A stretch of 64,000 nucleotides of DNA from Candidatus Latescibacterota bacterium (GTDB lineage Bacteria; Latescibacterota; UBA2968). The DNA lies in the NCBI GenBank assembly GCA_965222605.1, contig OZ244960.1:4960001-5024000 (forward strand), in the 5' to 3' direction. The position numbers and the translations under genes are program-made. Below the pieces are notes generated by a model. That model was not told the origin of the DNA. It ran no database searches and was given only the letters and a program-made list of their open reading frames with translations. Shown in pieces: positions 10,292 to 19,603 of the stretch; the stretch's first letter is position 1; each line of letters begins with the position of its first letter.

Positions 10292-10542
10292 GGTTCAACT
10301 AACTCCTGTTCCAGAATTTTACCTTCTCTAACTTCGGCAATTGACTGACGCAAATGATCTGCATTGACAGGGTTTGATAGCAGGTACAGAGTTTCCTGCC
10401 AGGAATTAAATTCTTCCAAAGATAGGAGGACGACTTTCTGACTTCCCTCCCCACAAATAATCATCGGTTCAGCATCGGCTGTAACGCGCTCAATGATGCG
10501 ATCCAGGTCGTTTTTTGCTTCATTTACAGTGATGGCATTCAT
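10288..10542 (-). CDS. yefM: Phd/YefM antitoxin
   Basis: MNAITVNEAKNDL..VVLLSLEEFNSWQETLYLLSNPVNADHLRQSI, the classic YefM pattern. GAGG RBS. Confidence 0.9.
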   Translation of the reverse strand: MNAITVNEAKNDLDRIIERVTADAEPMIICGEGSQKVVLLSLEEFNSWQETLYLLSNPVNADHLRQSIAEVREGKILEQELVEP

Positions 10543-10588
10543 AGATAACCGCCTCGAGTTAAAAAATTCGAAATTTTTTTCTGCACAA

Positions 10589-10617
10589 AATATACCGTAA
10601 TTGCAACACTCGGTCAA
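10589..10617 (-). promoter_or_regulatory. sigma70-type promoter of yefM
   Basis: TTGACC-N17-TATATT on the - strand. An imperfect palindrome AAAAAATT-CGA-AATTTTTT (10561-10579) lies downstream. Confidence 0.65.
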
Positions 10618-10649
10618 TATAGTGAGATTAGCTTTTTGATTCACTTTCT

Positions 10650-10877
10650 TTAAGCAGGCACAAATTTGCTCTCTATCGGTTCTACGGTGACAGATACGGT
10701 GAGCGCGTGTTGACCACCGCCCAGGACCACGCCTTTGAGGGGGGTGACATCGGCAAAGTCGCGGCCCCAGGCCACGGTGATGTGTCGGTCATCGGGCATG
10801 AGGTTGTTGGTTGGATCAAAGTCGATCCAACCGTGATTGGGCAGGTACAAAGAGAACCATGCATGGGAGGCATCCGC
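10650..10877 (-). pseudogene. 5'-truncated transglutaminase-family gene fragment
   Basis: ADASHAWFSLYLPNHGWIDFDPTNN..HITVAWGRDFADVTPLKG. An in-frame stop lies just upstream and the catalytic Cys region is absent. Confidence 0.85.
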
Positions 10878-10926
10878 GCGTCAGGCCGCCGGGCACGACA
10901 TAAATATCTTCGCCGTTGTAGAGAAC
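10876..10926 (-). pseudogene. Short fragment of a circularly permuted type 2 ATP-grasp gene
   Basis: Reads VLYNGEDIYVVPGGLTR, matching the PGGLTRV signature. Fused out of frame to the transglutaminase fragment. Confidence 0.6.
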
Positions 10927-11012
10927 CTGTCAATTGTTTTTTGGGTGAACGACGGGTCAGGATTTTAGGGTGGGAAGATGAGCAGGATGGAAGGCGGGAG
11001 GTATCCGCCGCA

Positions 11013-11041
11013 TTGACCACGTACTGCAATTGCAGTATATT
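11013..11041 (+). promoter_or_regulatory. sigma70-type promoter with a perfect 16-bp palindromic operator
   Basis: TTGACC-N17-TATATT, with TACTGCAATTGCAGTA at 11022-11037. Confidence 0.65.
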
Positions 11042-11168
11042 TTCTATTGAATCGTATCTGCATTTTGTGAGAGAGGGGGGGAAAGAATTGCTTGATTTGC
11101 GGTTTTAATCTATTACTTTTCTTCTACTTTTCTTCTACTTTAGGCCATTATTTTGAGGAGGTATGGTT

Positions 11169-13016
11169 ATGGCTATCGCTACTCAAAGTTTCCAAGATCG
11201 ACTCATGGACGGGGATATGACCCTGGATGTTTCTCCGGAGGTGGATCCGAGCAATCTGGTGTATTACAAATTGTGCTCTGCTGATGATTTTGAAGAAGGC
11301 GAAGGAAAGCCGTTTACGGTGGAGGGCACCCACATCGCCGTTTTCCGCTACGAGGGGAGGTTCAATGCGGTGGACAACCGGTGTCCGCACATGGGATATC
11401 CGATGTCCGAGGGCAGCGTTCGGGACGGGGTCCTAATCTGTCACTGGCACCACTGGGAGTTCGACCTTAAGACGGGCGGCTGTTTCATAACCTCCGGAGC
11501 TGGAAACGATCTGAAGAGCTTTCCCTTGGAGGTGCGAGACGACGGGTGTCTGTACGTGGGGCTTGCGCCGGGCGAAAAAGAGGCGGCCAGACGCCGGCGG
11601 ATTGACCGGGGGAAGTATATTCTTGAGCAGGGTCTAAAAGATCGGAGCTCGCTCCTGATTGCCAAGGCGATTACCGCGCTAAGGGCTGTGGGTGCCACGC
11701 CGCAGGAGATGATCCAGCAGGGACTTTTTTATGGGGCATATAAATCGAATGAGGGTTGGTCATCGGGGGTGGCCATTTTGACGCTGGCTGCAAATATGTG
11801 GGAAGATGTAGATGAGAAGGACCACAATCTTTTCCTGGTCCACGGGCTGACGCAGATTTCCAGACGCACATCAGGAGGTTCGCGGCGGCAGGGTTTCTCT
11901 TTGCCCAAAACATCGGACGAACCGGACTTGGCGACCCTCAAACGCTGGTTCCGGCGGCTGGTAGATCAGCGCAGCAGCAGCGCTGCACAGCGCATTCTGA
12001 TGACCCTGTACGACCGTGGATATTCACCAGAAGAGATTGCGGATATCGTTTTTACCACGGCGACGGATTTCTATTTTACCGGGGACGGTCATGCGCTCGA
12101 TTTCGCGAATAAGATGTTCGAGGCCTTAGATTATGTGGACTGGGAAGGGGCGAATGAGATTTTGCGACCGATTGTGGTGGACTTAGTGGGCAGGGAACGA
12201 CACGAGGAGACCGCCCGGTGGGAAGACAGCGTGCCGGTCTTGGAAGATATTTTCACCCGTCTGGACGAGATGTGGGAAGCGAACCAGAAGAACGAGGCAA
12301 CGCTGGATATTTCTGCTTTTACGCAGACGCTGCTGGGGGAGGAGTTCGAGCCGATTGTCGCCGAGATCGAAGACAAACTGCGCGAGGGTGTGAAGCCCAC
12401 GGATATCTGCCGGGCGATGACCTATGCCGGAGCCATCCGCACGGCGCGGTTCCACCTCAAGAACGAGGGGGACTGGCACGATGTGGCGAATATTTACTCT
12501 TACGCCCATGCCCTCTATCGCGCTTTCCACCGGGCGCCGAGCGAAGAGCTTTTGCGCGGCATTTTCCACGGCGCTGTGTTTATGACCTATTTGCGCTGGC
12601 TCAACATGCCAGCGGCCCGCCTGCCCAGGGAAGGACAGCGGCTGGACGAGACGTTCGCGTCTGAGGACAAGATGTTGGACCGGCTACAGGAATTTGCGGA
12701 TTTCCAGAAGGTCTTCGAGGCTGAGGTGCTGGTAAGCCAGTACCTGGAGGAAGGATACGATATCGCGAAGCTCAGGCATACTTTGGCCCATATTATGCTG
12801 CGCGAGGATGCGGAGTTGCACATGTTCCAGGTGCTGGAGGTGGCGTTCCTGCACTCCGACATGTCGGACGATCCGAAGGAGAAGCGTATGCACCTGCTGG
12901 CGGCGACCCGGTATATTACCGCCCAGAAGGTGATGAAGGGGATTCTGTGGTCCACGGAGAACGCGGAGCGGCTGCAGCGCGGGGAACTGCTAAGCGAGCG
13001 AGATGATGATAATTAG
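11169..13016 (+). CDS. Rieske [2Fe-2S] domain fused to a large helical domain of unknown function
   Basis: NRCPHMG and ICHWHHWEFD Rieske ligands followed by about 480 aa of helical sequence. GAGGAGG RBS; the start is at 11169 or 11163. Confidence 0.85.
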   Translation: MAIATQSFQDRLMDGDMTLDVSPEVDPSNLVYYKLCSADDFEEGEGKPFTVEGTHIAVFRYEGRFNAVDNRCPHMGYPMSEGSVRDGVLICHWHHWEFDLKTGGCFITSGAGNDLKSFPLEVRDDGCLYVGLAPGEKEAARRRRIDRGKYILEQGLKDRSSLLIAKAITALRAVGATPQEMIQQGLFYGAYKSNEGWSSGVAILTLAANMWEDVDEKDHNLFLVHGLTQISRRTSGGSRRQGFSLPKTSDEPDLATLKRWFRRLVDQRSSSAAQRILMTLYDRGYSPEEIADIVFTTATDFYFTGDGHALDFANKMFEALDYVDWEGANEILRPIVVDLVGRERHEETARWEDSVPVLEDIFTRLDEMWEANQKNEATLDISAFTQTLLGEEFEPIVAEIEDKLREGVKPTDICRAMTYAGAIRTARFHLKNEGDWHDVANIYSYAHALYRAFHRAPSEELLRGIFHGAVFMTYLRWLNMPAARLPREGQRLDETFASEDKMLDRLQEFADFQKVFEAEVLVSQYLEEGYDIAKLRHTLAHIMLREDAELHMFQVLEVAFLHSDMSDDPKEKRMHLLAATRYITAQKVMKGILWSTENAERLQRGELLSERDDDN

Positions 13017-13075
13017 CGCAAGTTAGCCTGCAAACTGGTTCAAATTTTGGGTCACAGATCCCCTTTCACTGCTCC

Positions 13076-14098
13076 CTATCTGATCGCTAAAAATTTTCCA
13101 CCTTTTCTCGCCGATTCTTCGGCTGTAATGCAGGCATTGGCAACGGCGAGGGTATCGTCTGTTGAGATGAAGTTTTCTTTGCCGCGTGCGAATGCATCGA
13201 TCATATTCTCGACAAATGCGTGATTGGTTGAGGGAGGGAGTTCGGGTTCGTAAGTGCCCGATTTGTTGGAGACAATGAGCACATGGTCGTCGGCATAGGC
13301 GCGCAAGTGTGCCGAACCTTCGGTACCCATGATAATAAATCGCGTATCGCCAAAGGATCGCGCATCTTTGGGGGTGAGCCAATCGGCAGTGGCGGTGGCA
13401 AGTGCGCCATTGTCGAGTTGAAACGATGCCTGGACGTGATCGAATGTGAGGCCCGTGTTGATGTGCTTTTTGAGTGTGCCGAGCGCGTGAACACCTGTGT
13501 ATTCTGCGCCGGTAAGCCAGCGGACTTGATCCACGCCGTGGCCTGCCAAATCGTGGAATGTGCCCACATACTTGTCTGCATCGAAGTAGAGCGCAGGGGG
13601 ATTGACCTGCTGGCGCAGTTGTACACCGCTTGCACCGAGTTTGTGAGGATGCGTGGTGATGAGGCTCACGAGGTCGCCCAAATCGCCGTTTTGAATCGCC
13701 TGTCTCAGGGCGATAAATGCTCCATAACAGCGGGAAGTGAAAAAGGTGGAAAGTTTGATATTGTTCTTTGTTACAGCCGTTTTGATGCGTTGTAATTCTT
13801 CCCGCGTTCGGCAAAGTGGTTTGTCGAGTAGCATGTGGACGCTGGCTGCGGCGCATGTTTCAATGACATGCGTTTTTTCGTGATGCGCGAGGCCCTCAAT
13901 CACCAGATCGGGTTTTGCTTTTTCGAGCATCAGGTCGAGTGTGGCAAATCGGGTGATGCTGTGGTCTGCGGTATATTTTTCGCAAAGCGCGTCATCGGAT
14001 TCTACAATGCCGACGATTTCGCCATTTGACGCATTGACCGCCGAGTGAAACATACCACTTATATGTCCGTAGTGCATGCCCATAATACCGATTTTCAT
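13076..14098 (-). CDS. Gfo/Idh/MocA family oxidoreductase
   Basis: MKIGIMG N-terminus, LLDKP (EKP-like), DLAGHGVD, GTEG. Confidence 0.88.
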   Translation of the reverse strand: MKIGIMGMHYGHISGMFHSAVNASNGEIVGIVESDDALCEKYTADHSITRFATLDLMLEKAKPDLVIEGLAHHEKTHVIETCAAASVHMLLDKPLCRTREELQRIKTAVTKNNIKLSTFFTSRCYGAFIALRQAIQNGDLGDLVSLITTHPHKLGASGVQLRQQVNPPALYFDADKYVGTFHDLAGHGVDQVRWLTGAEYTGVHALGTLKKHINTGLTFDHVQASFQLDNGALATATADWLTPKDARSFGDTRFIIMGTEGSAHLRAYADDHVLIVSNKSGTYEPELPPSTNHAFVENMIDAFARGKENFISTDDTLAVANACITAEESARKGGKFLAIR

Positions 14099-14111
14099 AA
14101 TAGCGTCCTTC

Positions 14112-14885
14112 CTACGCTCGCCACCTGCGCGATTCGAGTACCGTATGTGTTAAAAAGAGAAAAAAAGCCGCAGCACTTATAAAAAATACCACGTCGTGCG
14201 TATCGACGACACCGTGAATCATGTCTCGGGTGTGTTCTATAAGGGAGAGAAATTTCAAAATAACAAAAAATATGTCGCTGGCAAAACGCGCGGCCCAGTC
14301 GATAATCCACAATAGAATTAAAAAGAAAAAAGACAACACAGCCGCGATAATCTGATTCTCAGTCAAAGACGATGCCAAAATGCCCACACTGATAAATGTG
14401 GCGCCAATCAGCACCACAGCCAGTGCACCTGAAAAAATGGCCCCCCAGTCCAATTGCGCGTACATAGACAACACGCCAATATATCCGAAGGCCATCACTT
14501 CGATTAGCAAATACAATACATAACAAGCGAGAAACTTGCCTATCAAAATTTGTGCCGAAGTAATCGGCGAAGTCATCAACAGTTCATACGTGCCCCCGCG
14601 TTTTTCCTCGGCATAGAGACGCATCGTAAGCATTGGAATCACAATCATCCAGATAAAAATCTGAAATTCAAAAAATGGTGTGACAACCTCTGTATTGACG
14701 TTTAGTAGAATTTTTTCTTCGCGTTCTGCCAATTTTAGATACACGCTCATATCGTGAAATTCGAGCAACTGATTGCGAAAAACAAAGCCGTTAAATAGCA
14801 AAAACACACCGGCCATCACATAAGCAATTGGCGAGCCAAAATACGACCGCATCTCTTTGCCAAAAATCGCCATTATATTGCCCAT
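14112..14885 (-). CDS. ABC-2 type permease (GldF-like)
   Basis: KEMRSYFGSPIAY, TMRLYAEEKRGGTYELLMTSP..GKFLA, SSLTENQIIAA. Confidence 0.88.
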   Translation of the reverse strand: MGNIMAIFGKEMRSYFGSPIAYVMAGVFLLFNGFVFRNQLLEFHDMSVYLKLAEREEKILLNVNTEVVTPFFEFQIFIWMIVIPMLTMRLYAEEKRGGTYELLMTSPITSAQILIGKFLACYVLYLLIEVMAFGYIGVLSMYAQLDWGAIFSGALAVVLIGATFISVGILASSLTENQIIAAVLSFFFLILLWIIDWAARFASDIFFVILKFLSLIEHTRDMIHGVVDTHDVVFFISAAAFFLFLTHTVLESRRWRA

Positions 14886-15811
14886 CACATCCTCTCCTCG
14901 CGCATGGTCAGTGCTTGAAAAATTTCTTCCAAAGACATCGCCTCTTGCTTCATTTCCACCAGCCCCATACCCAATTCGACAACGCGCGCCGATACTGCGG
15001 CACTCAAATCCGCTTCAGCCGGCCAATGGACATGCAGCCCATTGTTTGTGCGCGTCACGTCGCTAATCCCTTCAATAGTGGCAATGGCTTTGGCTGCAAC
15101 ATCCAGGTCGCCCGATATCCGAACAAAAAATCGCGTTGTGTCGCGCATATTAGCCGTGAGATTTTCAGTGGTATCAACGGCGACAATTCTGCCTTCGTGA
15201 ATAATGACCACGCGGTTGCAGGTCATTTCAACTTCGGGCAAGATATGCGTGCTCAAAATCACCGTGCGCTCCCGGGCCAGTTCGCGGATCAATTGTCGCA
15301 CCTCAATAATCTGATTGGGATCGAGGCCCGAGGTGGGTTCATCCATGATGATCACCTCGGGGTCGTGCAAAATCGCCTGTGCAAGCCCTACCCGCTGTCG
15401 ATATCCTTTGGACAAATGACCGATGAGTTGCTCGGTGCGATCCACAATCCCGCATTGAACGACAACTTCATCAATTCGCCGTCTAGATTCTCTTGGCGCA
15501 ACGCCCTTGATTTTAGCGATAAACTCCAGGTATGTACGCACGCGCATATCGCGATACAGGGGCGGTAATTCGGGCAAATACCCAATGCGTTTTTTGACTT
15601 CCAATGAATTGTCAAAAATGTCGTAGCCAGCAATGCGCGCCGTGCCTTCTGTAGCGGGCAAAAAACAGGTAAGCACGCGCATGGTCGTGGTTTTGCCCGC
15701 GCCGTTTGGCCCCAAAAAACCGACAATTTCGCCTTTACCTACCTGAAACGAAATGTCGTCAACAGCCGTAAACGCGCCGTATCGCTTTGTCAGGCGATCA
15801 ACTTCTATCAC
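14885..15811 (-). CDS. ABC transporter ATP-binding protein (GldA-like)
   Basis: GPNGAGKTT, LSKGYRQR, IIMDEPT, STH. Confidence 0.93.
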   Translation of the reverse strand: MIEVDRLTKRYGAFTAVDDISFQVGKGEIVGFLGPNGAGKTTTMRVLTCFLPATEGTARIAGYDIFDNSLEVKKRIGYLPELPPLYRDMRVRTYLEFIAKIKGVAPRESRRRIDEVVVQCGIVDRTEQLIGHLSKGYRQRVGLAQAILHDPEVIIMDEPTSGLDPNQIIEVRQLIRELARERTVILSTHILPEVEMTCNRVVIIHEGRIVAVDTTENLTANMRDTTRFFVRISGDLDVAAKAIATIEGISDVTRTNNGLHVHWPAEADLSAAVSARVVELGMGLVEMKQEAMSLEEIFQALTMREERM

Positions 15812-15821
15812 ATCTTGCTCC

Positions 15822-16703
15822 TTATCCCTTAATTTTCTTTGCCCGCATCCTGAAAAATTGCATCAACGGTTCGTGATACGCCCCTTGAGTCGAAATATTC
15901 ACGGCGTCTAAGCCCATGCGCCGAAACAACGCTTCGCGGTCATCGCGCTCTTTTCGCGTTAGCTTTTGAAATGCCTCGCGCACTGCTGCATCGCCAAAAT
16001 CGACCATTATGCCTTCGCCCGTCTCGGCATCTTCCAACTCCACAATGCCGATTGCAGGCAGGTCGTACTCGCGCGGATCTTCCAGCGCTATCGCTACCAG
16101 ATCATGACGCCGATTGGCAACGCGCAATGCTTTCTCATAGTCAGAAGCAAAAAAATCTGATACCAGAAACACGACACTGCGCCGATAGGTCACGCGATTC
16201 AAATACTCCAATGCCGCATCGATATTTGTACTACGCCCTGAGGGCTGAAAGTACAACAACTCTCGAATTACGCGCAGCACATGCTTTTTGCCCTTTTTAG
16301 GGGGAATAAACAACTCGACTTCATCGGTGAAAATGATCAGTCCCACGCGATCGTTATTCTGAATTGCGGAAAAGGCGAGCAAAGCGCAAATCTCAGCACC
16401 TATCTCGCCTTTCATTTGCGCCACCGTTCCAAAGTCTCCCGACGCACTCGCATCCACCATCAATATCACGGTGAGTTCACGCTCCTCGTCGAACACTTTG
16501 ACAAAGGGATCACCCATACGCGCTGTCACGTTCCAGTCAATTGTGCGAACATCATCGCCGGGTTGATATTCTCGCACTTCCGCAAACGCCATGCCCCTGC
16601 CTTTAAATACCGAATGGTATTCGCCGGCAAAAATTGTATTTACCAGATTGCGCGTGCGCAACTCAATGCGTTTCACTTTTTTTAAAATTTCAGTTGGAAT
16701 CAT
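15822..16703 (-). CDS. DUF58 domain protein
   Basis: FAEVREYQPGDDVRTIDWNVTAR, DASAS, SDF. Confidence 0.93.
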   Translation of the reverse strand: MIPTEILKKVKRIELRTRNLVNTIFAGEYHSVFKGRGMAFAEVREYQPGDDVRTIDWNVTARMGDPFVKVFDEERELTVILMVDASASGDFGTVAQMKGEIGAEICALLAFSAIQNNDRVGLIIFTDEVELFIPPKKGKKHVLRVIRELLYFQPSGRSTNIDAALEYLNRVTYRRSVVFLVSDFFASDYEKALRVANRRHDLVAIALEDPREYDLPAIGIVELEDAETGEGIMVDFGDAAVREAFQKLTRKERDDREALFRRMGLDAVNISTQGAYHEPLMQFFRMRAKKIKG

Positions 16704-16714
16704 AGAAAAAGCTA

Positions 16715-17710
16715 TTAAGGCACTTCAACGTGATCGAATATTTGGCGTGCGATTTCTTCGGAGTTAATTTCTTCGGCTTCTGCCTCGTAAGTTACCAGCA
16801 CGCGGTGGCGCAATACGTCCATGCCAATGGCTTTCACATCTTCGGGAGTAACATAGCCGCGGTGGCGCAAAAACGCATGCGATTTTGCAGCGCGGGTCAG
16901 GGCGATAGACGCGCGTGGCGATCCGCCAAATTCGATCAGGGCGCGCAAATCACCCAGACCATAAGCTTCTGGATCGCGAGTAGCCAACACGAGATCGACG
17001 ATATAATCTTTGATTTTATCATCCACGTAAATCTCATCGGCTACGCTTCGCGCGCGAATAAGATCGTCAGTTGTTATGACTGTCTCAATTTGAGGAGTTG
17101 TATCGCGGCTCATGCGATCGACAATGGTGCGTTCTTCCTGTTTATTGGGATATGTTACCCGCACTTTTAGCATAAAGCGATCGACCTGTGCCTCGGGCAG
17201 TGGATAGGTTCCCTCTTGTTCGATGGGATTTTGCGTGGCCAGCACCAAAAAGGGATCGGGCAGGGCAAATGTTTCGTTCCCAATGGTAACTTGACGCTCT
17301 TGCATGGCTTCGAGCATGGCACTTTGCACTTTTGACGGTGCGCGATTGACTTCATCCGCGAGTACGAGCTGGGCAAAAATAGGCCCTTTTTGAGCCACAA
17401 ATTCGCCCGTTTCCCGGTGATAGACCATTGTGCCAATCAGGTCTGCGGGCAACAAGTCAGGTGTAAACTGAATGCGTTTAAAAGACGCCTGAATCGCCTG
17501 AGCCAATGAATTGACGGCTAAAGTCTTGGCAAGACCGGGAACGCCTTCGAGCAAGACATGGCCGTTGCACAATAGGCCAATTAACAATCGCTCAATCATG
17601 TCCTGTTGTCCGACAATGACCTTGCCCACCTCGGCCAATAACCGATCGACAAACGCGCTTTCGCGCCCAACCCGTTCATTGATTAATTGAATATCTTGTC
17701 CAACTGTCAT
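16715..17710 (-). CDS. moxR: MoxR family AAA+ ATPase
   Basis: LEGVPGLAKT, RIQFTPDLLPAD, LADEVNR, ATQNPIEQEGTYPLPEAQVDRF, SPRA. Confidence 0.95.
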   Translation of the reverse strand: MTVGQDIQLINERVGRESAFVDRLLAEVGKVIVGQQDMIERLLIGLLCNGHVLLEGVPGLAKTLAVNSLAQAIQASFKRIQFTPDLLPADLIGTMVYHRETGEFVAQKGPIFAQLVLADEVNRAPSKVQSAMLEAMQERQVTIGNETFALPDPFLVLATQNPIEQEGTYPLPEAQVDRFMLKVRVTYPNKQEERTIVDRMSRDTTPQIETVITTDDLIRARSVADEIYVDDKIKDYIVDLVLATRDPEAYGLGDLRALIEFGGSPRASIALTRAAKSHAFLRHRGYVTPEDVKAIGMDVLRHRVLVTYEAEAEEINSEEIARQIFDHVEVP

Positions 17711-17714
17711 TGCA

Positions 17715-18206
17715 TCACTCTCGACTTATTGGTTTGGTACGCAACCACTGCTCGGGCGCTTTGCCCAAATTTTCGATTGAAAATTTGGCGTCATCCACTA
17801 ACTCAGAGTTCGGATAGGTATCAATCACCTGTTGATAGGCCACTCGCGCCTGTTCGTAATCGCCGAGTTGATCGTGGATATAGCCAATCATAAACTGTGC
17901 CTGTACACAATATCGGCTCTGCGGAAATCGCGCGATCAGGGTTTCGTATCGCGCAATGGCTTCTTGGTGTTTTTGTTGATTCATCAATACCCGCGCCAGG
18001 GCCTGTAGTGCCACCTCAGCGCGAGGATCGTCGGGAAAACGCGCCAGAAATTCCGCCAATTTGACCTCGGCCACGGGATAAGATGCCATATCGTGCGCGG
18101 CCTGTTCGCCCTCTCGAAATAGCAAATCCGCAGATTGTTCTTGCGCTCCACAGGCGACAAATAGTGGCAGAAAGAATAAGAATCGAAATCTGTGCATCTT
18201 TGCCAA
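17715..18206 (-). CDS. TPR-repeat lipoprotein (BamD/YbgF-like)
   Basis: Lipobox-like FVAC and TPR motifs (ARYETLIARFPQS, AYQQVIDTYPNS). Confidence 0.75.
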   Translation of the reverse strand: MAKMHRFRFLFFLPLFVACGAQEQSADLLFREGEQAAHDMASYPVAEVKLAEFLARFPDDPRAEVALQALARVLMNQQKHQEAIARYETLIARFPQSRYCVQAQFMIGYIHDQLGDYEQARVAYQQVIDTYPNSELVDDAKFSIENLGKAPEQWLRTKPISRE

Positions 18207-18284
18207 TCTCCTTTGCTTATTTACACTTTTTCAAAAACGCTTTTGCTCAACTCGAGTTCCGTTTTTTCTTTTTAGACAGTGCAA

Positions 18285-19580
18285 TCAAATTAGACGGTGT
18301 ATATTAAAAAATTGCCCTATTTTCGTCAAGATTTCTGTGTGCTTGAGAAGCAAAGACGAGATGCCTACCAGCACCAATCCACCGTATTCCACCCATTGGA
18401 CCCATGCGGCTTCTTCCCATACGCCATGGGCCTGGTATTGAATCAAAATGTGATAGGATAAGACCACCAGGAGTGAGAAAGCAATCCAGGGCGGATGCCG
18501 ATAAAAAACGAGAAATGGGATTAACCACAAGACATACCATGGATGGAGCGTGGGGGTGAGTAGAACAAAGGCGACCGCAGTCACATATGCACAGTGCAAC
18601 AGGGGGACGCGCTTCCAGATCAGCAACAGCACAACACTTGAAAAGAGCAGGGCAATGATGCCGCGTGCAATTTGTCCACTGCCACAAAGCAGAATGAGTA
18701 TATCAAATACCGCGCTGTTAAACGACCAATGTTGGGCATAAGTGCCCAGGCTACCCAAAACAGGTGCGCCGGCCCAGGCATAGGGTAAATATCCCAGAAG
18801 CACGACACAGGGCACCATGAGCAGTGCCGACAAATTGGTTGGCCGCCACCCTTTCCATCGCACAAAATTCGGCAAAAAAACAAGGGGATAGAATTTTACC
18901 AAAACAGCCCCACCCAGCGCACTTAGCGCGATGCGATCTCGCCCTTTTAAGAACAAATACAATGCGGCCAGCAAAGCGACGATACCCAGCGATTCGATAT
19001 GTCCATTTCCTGCAATTTCCACCACGACCAGAGGATGCCAGAAGTAAATCAAAACCCATTGTGCCCGTTGCTCGAAATGCCTGAGCAAACAGATTAAAAG
19101 CCATCCCACAATCATGTCGGCACACGCGAGCAACACCTTAATGCCCAGTATGCCACCCGAAATGCCATATCCCACCCAGAATGCGATTTGGGCGATGGGT
19201 GGATAAATGGTGGGCAATTCTGGGTGGTTAATTTTGGGAAAAATGAGCGCGTCTCTCACCTGCACCAGTTCTTGTGCCGCAGGTGCATACAGGTAGGGAT
19301 TGATGCCCATCCACTGTACGCGTCCATCCCACACATAGCGATAAATATCATCGGATAGCGCGGGGATGGAAAACAAAAGGCTAAGCCGAAATACAGCGGC
19401 AGCGATCACAATAACCTTCAATGACACATATTCACAATGCCAGACTGCAATGAGATATGCCACAGATGCAATGCCAAAAAGCATAAAAAAAACCGGCACT
19501 TGCTTGCCCAATGCCGGCATCGCAGCAAAACTGCCCGCCATGACCAGCCCCATCAAAAGGGGCACGATCCACCGCTGCAT
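18285..19580 (-). CDS. GT-C fold membrane glycosyltransferase (GT87/DUF2029-like)
   Basis: LSDDIYRYVWDG, TIYPP, NGHIE, HPWY; multiple TM segments. Confidence 0.8.
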   Translation of the reverse strand: MQRWIVPLLMGLVMAGSFAAMPALGKQVPVFFMLFGIASVAYLIAVWHCEYVSLKVIVIAAAVFRLSLLFSIPALSDDIYRYVWDGRVQWMGINPYLYAPAAQELVQVRDALIFPKINHPELPTIYPPIAQIAFWVGYGISGGILGIKVLLACADMIVGWLLICLLRHFEQRAQWVLIYFWHPLVVVEIAGNGHIESLGIVALLAALYLFLKGRDRIALSALGGAVLVKFYPLVFLPNFVRWKGWRPTNLSALLMVPCVVLLGYLPYAWAGAPVLGSLGTYAQHWSFNSAVFDILILLCGSGQIARGIIALLFSSVVLLLIWKRVPLLHCAYVTAVAFVLLTPTLHPWYVLWLIPFLVFYRHPPWIAFSLLVVLSYHILIQYQAHGVWEEAAWVQWVEYGGLVLVGISSLLLKHTEILTKIGQFFNIHRLI

Positions 19581-19603
19581 AAATATCTCTTAGCGCAATA
19601 TGT

